The position numbers were made by a program, and so were the translations under genes. A stretch of DNA of 62,419 bases, the filler included, from Catajapyx aquilonaris (lineage: Eukaryota): the NCBI GenBank assembly GCA_000934665.2. It is 2 parts of 2 records of this genome, joined end to end, with 100 filler letters (N's around TTAATTAATTAA, not from the genome) between each part and the next. Parts side by side here need not be neighbours in the genome. Positions count along the whole stretch, not along the records: positions 31,118 to 62,419 come from JYFJ02004604.1; 1 more part is not named here. One strand, given 5' to 3'. Positions within the stretch are counted from its first letter, which is position 1. Each line of letters begins with the position of its first letter. Below, one piece after another: positions 47,348 through 58,725 of the stretch. A model generated the notes under the pieces. It ran no database searches. It was not told where the DNA came from and saw only the letters and a list, made by a program, of their open reading frames with translations.

Positions 47348-47500
47348 TATTTATTCAGTAATAAATAATTCATGAATTTATTCAGTAACAATTATAATTC
47401 ATGAATTTATTCAGTAATAATTATAAGTCATGAATTTATTCAGTAACAATTATAATTCATGAATTTATTCAGTAATAGGCCTAATTATAATTCATGAATT
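47348..47500. repeat. 29-bp minisatellite (CATGAATTTATTCAGTAAYAATTATAATT), ~5 copies
   Basis: Direct reading; the array contains palindromes AATTATAATT and AATTCATGAATT. Confidence 0.9.
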
Positions 47501-50487
47501 TGTTTGTTTCTTTGTTTGGTGTTGTTATTGTAGACTGAGGTTTAAGTGCGGAAAGTGCATTTCAATTGCTGTCCTTGGAAATTTGATACCGGATATGACA
47601 CCAGAGAGCGTAAATATACGATATATAAATTAGCAAACAAACGAATAAATAAATACCTAAATAAGGCAAAGTTTGTTTGCTCATGTTTGCTTATCTTAGA
47701 CCACGCCATAAATTCGAATTTGCGTCATATTATTTTAGCTGCTCGAATAACTTGGGCAAACAAGCAAACAAACAAACGTTGTCGTTTATAAATCATTATT
47801 CAGGATGTGACATCAGAGACCGTTACTGCCATGACGGTTCCATCGTCCCTCTTCCTTCTACCCCTCCTGAGCCAGATCCACCGACAGAGAGATCATCCGC
47901 AATAATTGTGTACGGTTTGCAGGTCCCAGTTGTAGAGTTTTGACCACTTGAAGCACCGTGATCGATGACAAAGCGGCCTCACCATCCGGACCTATGTTGC
48001 GCAGACGCCTATCCTCACACCCCCTCTTTTTTCGAAACCCGACAAAGGGTCAGACCTGCAAGAAATCAGAGGCAGGGGTCCCATAGCCTTTTCTCCCCCG
48101 GAAATCAGAACCCTAGGTCTCCCATCCCTAGACTTTCGCTTCAAGTGGGATTAAAAATTTGGGTCAATGAGAATCCGAGCCTGGCTTTTCCCCGGGGCTC
48201 CAGAAGTGCTGGAGCTAGAGGTAGAAGAGGGGATGGTGGGAGAGAAGCAGGTGGGGGAGAGGGGGGGGGGGATTTGCACCGGCAACTAAGTACAGGATGG
48301 TGCAGGTGCCTATTAATTTTCGCAAAGCGCATTAACGAATTAACCCCTAGTGGAGCTTGTGTCACTTTGTAGCTACAAGGCGGCCTCCGTTCTGTAATGG
48401 CTGCGGTTTTTAAAAGCTGCCGTGTCCCTATTACCCCCCAACTTCATAACTGCACTGCCTCCATCTCGTCCAAAACCGCGCTCTATGCATTCCCAACCAT
48501 TTAGTATTAATGCACTTTATGGGGGGTGAGTTATAAACTTACCTTGGGTGGGTATCGCCATAAGTCATCGTTTGTTGTAATGTGGATGGGACCAAATGGT
48601 AAGGTTCTGCTGGAGCGAGGTAGGCTACTACATATGGGATGGGGTTACCAGGACCTAACAACGGTGGTTGGCAGGTGCAATGTGTCCACGACAGTTGAAT
48701 TATGCAACATAAACACTCTCACAATAATAGTGGCAGCAAAGGTCATTTGAAACTTCGCGAAAAATTGCAGAATAACCAGGTAAATCTTAGAACGTGTAAC
48801 AGGCGTAAACCTATAGTGTAAAAATGTAGTAATATCATGTAGGCCTAGTAAAATAAGAGTAATATCGTAATCATAATAATTAATATCAATAATACAGTAA
48901 GACCTGTGGGTGGAGGGGAGGGCGGTGGAGGAGTTGATGGGCAGGGGGGACGTGGGCTTTTCTGGCGGGAATGGAATGGAGGGGTTGCAGGTGGCAGCGG
49001 GGAGAGGGGCGATGTGACCCCTTCGGCCGTCAGAGAAGGAATTGACAGTTTCCACGGCAACTCAACAGAGGAGTTGTTTACACCCCATTGCGCATGATTA
49101 GAACGCGGGCCAATGTCCTAAAGTCCTTTTCACCTCCGGCCAAGGATGACCTCGGAGGTCAAGTCCAATGTGCTTATGACCTTCCCAGTAAAAAACTACC
49201 CCGAATCATTCCCCTGTTGCATATGTCGAGGCCTCTGCATGGATTTGCATCGGGATCAGACAGACAGACATACGTCGAGAAATATGTATTACATAATGCA
49301 ATAATGCAAATACCATATACAGTACAATATGTAATAATTCTATCACATATCATTTAGTAATGCTGTCAGGTAATGAGGTAATACAATGTAGATATTATTA
49401 TGCAATGCTGTAGCAATATGTAATAGTAATAGCCTGTAATAAAGACATAAAAATGCCACCCATCATACGCAAAGAGCAAGAAATTAATTTTCTCGTGCTT
49501 ATTCATAATTACTCAGAATTGCTGTTAATTTCTGAGAATGATAACTTGGACTGATTATGAATAATTGCAAAATTGAGAAATGTTTTTTTTTGTCCTACTA
49601 CTTACTACGCCACGTAGCGTTCCGTTATTAGTGAGACTATCCCCAGAATCTAATGCGTTTCCAGGGATACAGTTATTACATTAAGCTCAAGAGTAATTGA
49701 AGAGCGCGACCCCCACTTTACACTTCACTCTAAAATAAATCTGTGATTTAAAGACATTTTTGGAGATTATTGAGCTCGATCGTCCTTTAAAAGGTTGCCA
49801 ACATGCAGTTATTTAGGCTGCTCCGATTTCAAAAAGGTAAATACCTTCACACACGGTTTACATTTTGCATTGATTACAATTTTTTCACGCACCAACCAAT
49901 GTTATTTACCCAAACGCACACAAGCGTCAAGAGTGACCATCAAAATAGCCGATAACTTTGTGACCCAAAAATACAGCCAGTGGCAATGTTTGAATCTCCC
50001 CTCTAAAAAAATGTCACCACCAAAAAGTGCAGAGCTGTGCCAAATAAAGCTCAGTACATGCAAAACAGAATGCGGGCCACCCCCTCCCATTTACACCCGA
50101 TGCCAGACCCGCATACATCTGGCAAAGCATGACGACTGTTTCACAGAGTCACAGGACTGGAAGTGAGTTGAACCAAGTAACCTGAGGGTGTAGTGTTTGT
50201 GAAGCAGCAAGACAAGTGAGTTAAGGAGTCCTGTTGGCTTGCAGAGTGCAGGTAATGGCGAAACGGCCTGGGGAACTTGACGAGACTGCTCTTACCACAG
50301 AGCATTATGGGACCGGGAGAGAAGCAGACAGGAGTCCCACCAGAACCCAACTTTGAAACAAGATGGTTCAAAAACCACGGCTCTAATACCGGCAGGACCT
50401 CGGACAATTCTAGAGACCTTGCAACATTGCATTGCGCAGCCTCCAGGTGCTGCTGAGTCGCGGCCATTAAAATCACAACCAAAATCG

Positions 50488-51235
50488 AGGGGCCAACCAC
50501 CCGTGAATATCGATATATATCGCGGAAGAGGATATACTCTACATATCGCGGAAGATAATATCGACACACATTGCAGAATTTGGTATCGATATATTTATCG
50601 CATGATATTTTATTATGTGGCAAATAACAAAAAACCATGATATGTATCGATATTAATGTCCTCGATTTTATCGATCTCACGTTATGTGATATGTATCGAT
50701 ATACTTTTCTGCAATATATCGATGTTTTATAATGTGATAAATATCGATATGTATCACACAAGAAACTATCGCGTTTTATTGTGATATATCGATATTTTAG
50801 AGTTATAAATATCGATATTTATTGACATAAATATCGATATTTATAACTGTAAAATATCGATATTTATAACTCTAAAATATCGATATTTAGGACATTATAA
50901 AACGCGACATTTTATTGTGATTCATATCGATATTGATTGTGTCATGCATATCGATATTTATTGTGTGACATATTATCGCATGATGCAATATCGATATATT
51001 AATAAACAATAAATAAAATATATCGATATTTGTTGCATAATGAAACATCCCATATCGCAAAAGGATAACCTATAATAATAATTACACGTCGCAGAACGAG
51101 ATATCGATGAATCAAGGACGTCAATATTGATGCATATAGCAAAATTGGGGTATCGATATTTATCGCATAATGGAATATCAATACATCTCGGAAAGGGATA
51201 TTGATATATCGCGAACGTTAATATCGATACATATC
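50488..51235. repeat. ATATCGATAT-rich array, probable transposon subterminal repeat region
   Basis: About 19 ATCGAT palindromes in ~730 bp, with 22-23-bp spacing at 50785-50890. Confidence 0.8.
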
Positions 51236-52204
51236 TAAAGTTTCAACAATAAAGCCCGCCTTCTAAGGAGTATGCCCCACAGTGTTAACCTCAGTTAACA
51301 AGCCATTAAATGCCTTAAAACTGGCTTCTGCACTAATTCAAGGCGTACTTTTAGGCCTGGGATTAACAGGCTGCAGCCTCCCGAGTTCTTGGCATGGGCT
51401 TTAACAGTTGTCTCGTTTCATTCGTGTTATTCCGGGTGATAATACGCGGTCAGCGGCAGCCTGGTGGAAGATAAAATGAAGCAATTAATTAGGCCTCCCA
51501 GCAATAACCAGAATGCGTTTTTACCACACTGCGCTGCGGTCGTAACCTGGATCCCACCGGTCCTAGAAAAAAACCTTACAACAAAAAAGAAGCCACCTAC
51601 GTTTTTTTGAAAAGCTCAACACGCCATCTTTCCCTATAAGATTGCGAAATTAAAATCTGCAGAGTTAGCTTGCAGAATATTAATTTTAGGCCCGACATCC
51701 TAGTTAAATAGGAGGCAATCAAATATAATCGAATTGCAAGTCTCCCAAGAGATATGGAGGATTTGAGAAGTGTTTCTTCGGCTTTTCTCCTCCCTTCCCT
51801 CTACCCTTCCAAGTCTCCCCTCCTCCCTCCCCCTTCCAAGAAAGTCGGTGTTGTAGAGACGCGATCGGTCGTAGAACAGATGGCGCCATAGTTAACCGAG
51901 AAGTAGATCTGACAGTTGTGGTTCTCTGGAGATTGGAAGCACTCTGCTGCATCTGAGCACCCTTCCTCCCAGGGGCCTCCTTCCCTCTCTTCTTACATGA
52001 CATTCACACGCATCCACTCGCAAGGTCAAAGACTCGTCTCTTTTCTGGGTGACATTTCCAACCCCAACTCAATTTACGAGTTTTTAGGATTGAGAAGCCA
52101 AAAACAATTATTAACACTGGTAGTCTTGGCAACGTCGCAAATGTCGGCCATTTTGTTCCCCACCCAGATGCGAGTCAGAAACCCCCACTGACACCGCACC
52201 TCCT

Positions 52205-52390
52205 CCAGGGCAGGGAAAGGAAGTAAGCGGCTGTGGCCTATTTTACGGTACGATCCCGGAAGTTTTTCCTGGAGCGACCTTGGGAAACCGCAGAAAACCA
52301 AGGTCAGGATCGCCGGCCTCCGGGATTCGAACCCAGGACCTCCCGATTAGCAGTCGGACACCATATCCACTCCACCACTACTGCTTCGGT
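52205..52390 (-). mobile_element. tRNA-derived SINE (second copy)
   Basis: On -: A box TGGTGGAGTGG, B box GGTTCGAATCC; body ...aaaataggccacagccgctt... shared with 39271-39492. Confidence 0.88.
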
Positions 52391-52814
52391 TGATATAACA
52401 GACTCTTCACTTCACCTCGGCTATAACAGACCATTTTTCAGTCCCTTGGCTGTAAAATATGTCGATTTTGATTATTCAATTTCCTTATTTCCTACGTGCA
52501 GGGAGGCAGAGAATACTGAAGATGGGTTATTTTCGCATCTGTCACTGATCTAAGTTACTGAAAATCAAACTTTTCTGAGTATATTTGTCAACAAACAGAA
52601 GACAGAAGAAAATTAAGGATTTTTTTGGTCCTGCCTAATTTACGGGTGAGATAATATTGCATTTTTGTGGATAGTTTCATTAATAAAGTAGTGTGCATTA
52701 CAAGCATATGGAAAGCAGAAAACTTGCAAAAGTGGCAATATGGCTGAAACAGGCCTCGGTTATAACAAACTTTTTCCCCGGTCCCTTGAAATCTGTTATA
52801 TCCGGAGTCAACTG
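52391..52814. mobile_element. pogo-like MITE, inverted and truncated copy
   Basis: Ends CTGTTATATCCGGAGTCAACTG|TA; the interior is the reverse complement of the 61806-62215 family. Confidence 0.8.
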
Positions 52815-52816
52815 TA

Positions 52817-53022
52817 GTTATTGTTATAGGAATTTTCGCTCAAAGCTATTTTTTTGAAGCTTGTTGTGCCCCTCCAGATGCCCTATTATATAGGCACTGC
52901 TACATTCGACCCCCTGATAGTACTGAAGCACCTTGATCAGGGCACAACAAGCTGCACAAAAATAACTACTTCGGGCGATATTAGTGATGACTATAAACTA
53001 CCCACGAACTTGGAACACCCTG
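52817..53022. mobile_element. Tc1/mariner-type MITE copy lacking the outer part of its left TIR
   Basis: Ends ACGAACTTGGAACACCCTG|TA; arms agcttgttgtgccc / gggcacaacaagct as in 38906-39153. Confidence 0.8.
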
Positions 53023-53456
53023 TATATAGTAAGAAGCCGAAGTAACTATTTGGCTGTGATGGCGTGTCAAATTGGTGAGTGGACCCCAAAGGCACAAGGG
53101 GGGTTGACGGGGTCAAAACGTGTCAACCAAAAATATCTAATTAGGTCCTCGCACTCACACGCACCTCTTGCGTGACGGATAATCCGTTGTCAAAGTAGGT
53201 GTAACGCCTGCTAGGTTGTTGGAGTTAACATCAATCACTCTGCGGTAGCTATTAAGTGCTCAGTGCTTCAACCGCATGTTTCTGACCAAATTTGAAAAAT
53301 TTCTTAAAATAATGCAATCATAATAAATAAAAAGAAGTGATTGTGCAGCAAGAATTTAGTGTCAAAGGTCACACAGACACATGTTATGATGGCAATGATT
53401 AGGACAATTATTGATAATTTTGTACTAGCACATCTACTACAGATGATTTTTCTACC

Positions 53457-54349
53457 GCAACAGAGTGAGCACCACAGTTCGCGCAGTATCCACTGTTGGA
53501 AATATCAATGAAAGTTGATAAGCCATTTGTATATTGGGTGTAGGCCTACTACGCTGCACTTATTTCCAACGCTATGTTTGAAGTGAAACAATATGGCTGA
53601 CGTTTGCGACGTTGGCAAGGCTCTGGAACGAACATTAGAGGCTGCAGATGGGAATTAAATATATGTAGAATATGTTTAATAAAATATAATGTAAATATAC
53701 GAGCTTCATAAATTATTATATTAATTACAATTAAAAATTATGGTATGATACTTATAATTAAATGTTAATGTCAAAAATTACGATACTTATAATTTATTAA
53801 ATATTAAAGTCAAAAATTACAAATGAAAATTATAAATTGAAATTAGATTATAAATGATAAATTAATTATAAATAAAATGGAAGTAATATAAAATATAAAA
53901 TATAAATTAATAATAATATAAAAAATATATAATAATATATAATATAAATTAATATATAATATAAATTAATATACAATATAAAATTATTAATGTAAAATAT
54001 GAAATTAATATACAATATAAAATTATTAGTATGAAATATGAAATTAATATACAATATAAAATTATTAATATAAAATATGAAATTAAAATTAACATAAAAT
54101 ATGAAATAAATTAAAATATCTACAACATATATATTAAAATTAAAATTAACATAAAATATGAAATAAATTAAAATATCTACAACATATATATTAAAATTAA
54201 AATTATGCATATAAATATTATATTTATATAAGTATATCAAGTAATTATATTAAAAATATTTAAATATTTCGCACATGGGGAGTAACTCTGACACCGTTTT
54301 TGTCAGAACAATGGAGGTGCGCGAATATGGGTGCACACTCGGTTGCTCT
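53457..54349. mobile_element. TIR element with an internal ~600-bp extremely AT-rich tandem expansion (53660-54270)
   Basis: Arms gcaacagagtgagcaccacagttcgcgca / tgcgcgaatatgggtgcacactcggttgc; internal tatttccaacgcta...gtttgcga.gttg...gctctggaa shared with 55832-56299. Confidence 0.7.
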
Positions 54350-55831
54350 CCGATTTCATCTATACCACCCTATAACTTTAAACCGACATTAAACCACGTT
54401 TATAGCTCCCAATTTAATTAACTCAACCCCTAAAAATCCGGCTTTTTGGTCTAGCACTGAAAAACACCCCTGCAAAGTCCAGTTGTCACAAATGTCGGTT
54501 GTCACAATGCCTCATATCTCAGCCCGCAATGTTGAGATAACGGTTGAGTCACTCCCCGTAACAGAACTGGCGTGACCAGGATACTGTTCGAGGCTTAACA
54601 ACAAAAAAGGGCCTGGGCCGGAATGCGATTGGGGGCCATACAAGGGAGGTCCTGTATTGGATTGGACAATTCTCCAGTTTAGTTTAGCGTTCGCGGGTAG
54701 CATCTAGAGAAGGACCGTAAGAAGTATATGACACTTGCCAGAAACCAAGTCGACATCAAAGGGGTGACAGGATGGTGTATCACAAAGAGCGTTTTGCTAA
54801 TTGTGGGGGCCGTCCAGGTGAACAATAACAATGGTGTCACCTGGTTGGTTCTCATTCCTTTATATAAGGGACAGTATATTTTGGGGAGTCGTTAAGAAGA
54901 GATGCTTTGGATATGGGCTACAAAGTGCTGCTTTTGAAGATGTTTCGCCAGCTTGATATTTTCCGTTCGTCTGAGGGAATGGGGAGATGCCATTTCCGGA
55001 TGCTTAGATATGGTGGAGCTGTTCGAATTTCTACAGAAAGTTCACTATATTCTCCAGGGTCAAGTCAACATGCTTTAGGAAATTATTTTCCATGGGTTAG
55101 CAACGAGAAATGAAAGTATGGAACTTCCTGTCCAAACATAGGTTGAATTTAGACCCGCCATTTTCAGGCGAACATTGTTGGCCTATAAGCATAGCAGGTG
55201 CAGGTTTTCTCCCCTCACCATGTGATCAACCACCATGCATATATACAGAAAGGAGCGTTGCCAGCCTCCCCAAAACTTATGGGAGATCATGATGTGAGCT
55301 CGAAACAAGCTGGGTCGACTTTTCATTATTATTATTTTTTTCCACCACCGAGAGGCGGCAGTAAAGTCGACCCACTCTTGCCAGGGGATAGTTGGGGGAG
55401 GTAGGGGGGTGGTATAGTAGTAGAAGAAAAAAAAATGGTGATAAATCCCTCCTCCTGGCAAAGGCCTAGGACTCACGCCGACCGGGGAAATATGGCCCAC
55501 CTGACACGTCGGACACTCAATATACCCGCGCACTCGTTTTTAGCTCCCGAACATCAAGTCGCCAGCTCCAATCGTCCATCTTTTTTTTTCTTTTTTGGGA
55601 GGGGGAAGGAGGAGGACTTCCCTTCAAGATGGGTGGGAGGGAGTTGATATCTGGCGTCCTCCAGCACATTTTGTCAACATGGGTTCAACGGATGGGAAAG
55701 AAGGTAGGGATGCTGGTATGGGGAAGGGAAATAGAAGTGTCTTCAGTTGAAAGATTTGCAATGCAATTGATTGTGTATGAAAAATTTCGGACAAAAAAAT
55801 GAATTAATATTGGCGATTGTTATTGCTGCAA

Positions 55832-56299
55832 ATACCAAGTTTTACGAGCGTAATCGAACTCGCACCACAATTCGCGCAGCTTGCACGGTTGGAATTATTA
55901 TCAATGATAGATGACTGAGACAGTTCTACATATTTCCAACGCTACGCTTGGGAGAACAAAATGACCTCGGTTTGCGAGGTTGCCGATGCTCCGCTCTGGA
56001 AAGAACCTTCAGAGAGTTAGGCTATAATATAGCCTACATATCTTATTATAGCGCTCATTATTTATTATTTATTATTCAATGTTATATATTTATTATTTTA
56101 CGTTTATTATCTAAGGTTTTATTGTTTTTTATTTTTATTACCGGTATTATTATTATTATTATTTACTTATTCATGATAATAAAAGCCTAACTCTTTAGGA
56201 ACCTTAGAGGCGAAGGGTGCAACTCTGGGAAAGTTTCAAAACAATAAAGCTGCGCGAATGTGGGTGCGCATTCGGTTACGTTCGTAAAAGATTTGATAT
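55832..56299. mobile_element. TIR element, same family as 53457-54349, with shorter AT-rich core
   Basis: ttttacgagcgtaatcgaactcgcaccacaattcgcgcagctt pairs with aagctgcgcgaatgtgggtgcgcattcggttacgttcgtaaaa. Confidence 0.75.
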
Positions 56300-57847
56300 C
56301 TCAATTCTCACCAAAATGTGAACGACTGCTCATAATCACCAATTTCAACATTACCAACAATTAGTTCCGTTGATCATGGCAAGTGATTCCAAGGGTCCTA
56401 ATATTCGGAAGCAAAGGTTCAATAATTTTCACTCCAAAATATTATTATCTGCACTCCAAGTTTAGACTCATTAAAGGCCCTGCTTTTAAACATTGCTACA
56501 ATCAGCAATAATTAAAAATTAACCATTCCAAATAAGTAATTTGTACCTGGACAAAAGAAAACTATTAAGATTGGACCCCTGTGATTCAATCAACTAATAG
56601 CACTTGCTTGCTTCTCAGAGTCCAACCTAGGACAAACTTTGTGTGCTTAAGACCACTAAAAGATAATTACGGGATATTATCTTCTGCCCTTATACAGGCG
56701 TAAATGCGCAAACTGCCTGTTTCGAAATTATCAAACGGGCAGGATGAGAATAGTCATAAAATTATAACCATTATCAACTATAGCATCGAGTTTTTTCAAC
56801 ATCCACATTGGCATTGTTGGAGCCCCCCCCCCCTCATTTCAAAACGAGCAACTTCCATCAAACTAAAACGTCCTAATAGACCACTTAACTTGGTTAATGG
56901 AGACTGCGATACACTAGATACAACCCCCTTTAAAAAAATCCTATCTTCAAATCTGCATAAATTTGCTAGCCATTTAATACTCCTTAATGCACCCACCAAA
57001 ATCTAGGCTATAATTCCTCTTCCTCCTCATCAATTTTCTATTCCATATTACAGGTACTAAGCCATCTCCTATATACAAGCATAAATCATAGTGTACAGGA
57101 CTACAAAAAAAAGACGATAACAGTTTAACGACTTTTTCCTTCAACATTTTACTGATGTCTAGAAGTTCTATATAAAAAATATATATAGATATGTCTAACA
57201 CATTTGCGAACATTCACAAAAGCGCCTTGGGCTGATGCTAATCTTCCTGCTCAGTGGATTTTCCAGCCGCTGACGTCGACCTCTGTTGCAAATGAAATTT
57301 TAACGCCACGGATGGGTACAAGTCCAGAGGGGATTTTGTCCTGGTCTAGGGGACTAACAGGGGGTGGTCTAGAAGTGGGTGGAGGGGGGTTATGGCGAAA
57401 CACCCCCCCCCCCTCCCCCTTCAAAAAAAATATACCATGAGTTGAAAAAGAGGGACTGCAAAAATCTGGGAACCGAGGCTTTTCATTTTCACCTCTCATT
57501 TATGTAGGTACGCACCCAACGGGCAGATATTTTACTATTCATGAGTACTATGAAACACGACGATTAATCTTTATACGCGGGGACCATGTCAGACGTTATG
57601 GAAGCGCAATTACAACGGCGGTAAAAGTTGGGGGGTAGAAATGAGGATTTATCTTGTGAGTATTTACATGGGAAAGCCACCACCGGAAAATCGCTGCGAG
57701 TGTGTGGACCACTCGTGCAAAAGGTCACATGTCACTAGGGGTCATTTGTTTGCTTGCAGCGTGGTGTTGTCAGTTTGGATGGAGCATGGTCGATAGGCAT
57801 GATGCGACATGTTGTTATGAGACACCACAGAGCCTGTGTTTCCCTAA

Positions 57848-58725
57848 TGTCAGGGTTGACCATCCTAGGTCATCCGTCCTGACCCCGCAATGTCGGGGTC
57901 CAGTAATGCAACAGGTCATTTATTAGACCGGCCCTAAGCCAGGCTGTCTCACGACCCCCTATACAACAGCCAGACGCCACAGCCATCTATTGAGGGAGTC
58001 ACGCTATTGTTAAATGAAGAGGTAAACTAAAAGTAGATTGATTTAACTAAACGGCAGATAAATCTCTGCGACATACAGGGTGTTTCAACCTTTTTGTCCG
58101 AACAGTTATCGTAAAATTGCACGTAGCTGCTACTTTGTAAGCAGTGACTTGCAACCGGTGATTTGTCGGAGGAATAGGGAATGGGGAAAAAGAGGGTCAC
58201 ACATGACACATCCCATGGGATGTGTGACCTCTTTTTTCCAGGTTTAACCCTCAATTTTCAGCGGGCAGCACGTATGCCACTTCAACCTACGATTCGCAGG
58301 GAATATTCCCCGTTCCTCCGAAAAATCACCGGTTGCAAAGTAGCAGCTACGTGCAATTTTCCGATAACTGTTCGGACAAAAAAGTTGAAACACCCTGTAT
58401 ATTCTAACAAGTACATTCTAAATGCTCTTGGGATGCTTTTTGTTGCCTAAAAAGCATTACAGAAGCATTAACAATTGATGCCCCATGGGAGACTCACCAA
58501 TGATATTTTAATGTTTTGCGGTTTAAAGTGTAGGCACAAACTGCTTCACCTGCTCAACCAGTTTTCATCTTGTGACGCTCCTCACTAGATGGCTGGGGCG
58601 TAGGTGTTGTATAGGGCTCGGCCGATATAATGAGTTTTCCCGAACCTGTTGTATTATTAGAGCACGACCACGACTCTGAGTGACCTTGCGGCGTCAGGAG
58701 GGATGACCTGCGGTCAACACTCACA
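57848..58725. mobile_element. Old element with ~150-bp diverged TIRs (TGT...ACA ends), host of the 58076-58397 MITE
   Basis: gttgacc..aggtcatcc.tcctgac.ccgcaa and ccctatacaaca..acgcc.cagccatcta.tgagg occur on + at the left and on - at the right. Related fragments lie near 38625 and 39595. Confidence 0.6.
58076..58397. mobile_element. Tc1/mariner-type fold-back MITE (322 bp)
   Basis: TA|CAGGGTGTTTCAACCTTTTTGTCCGAACAGTTATCG...CGATAACTGTTCGGACAAAAAAGTTGAAACACCCTG|TA; ~60-bp near-perfect TIRs plus further internal IRs. Confidence 0.93.

Noticed and set aside
50141..50761. Longest ORF in the track (206 aa)
   Set aside because: The N-terminal half is translated ATCGAT repeat; there is no domain signal.
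52320..52390. tRNA gene (A and B boxes)
   Set aside because: No clean cloverleaf; it continues into a SINE body present twice in the window.
53866..54240. Hydrophobic F/I/Y/N-rich ORF resembling a mitochondrial membrane protein (NUMT)
   Set aside because: It is the translation of AT-rich tandem duplications inside a TIR element, with no mitochondrial gene motifs.
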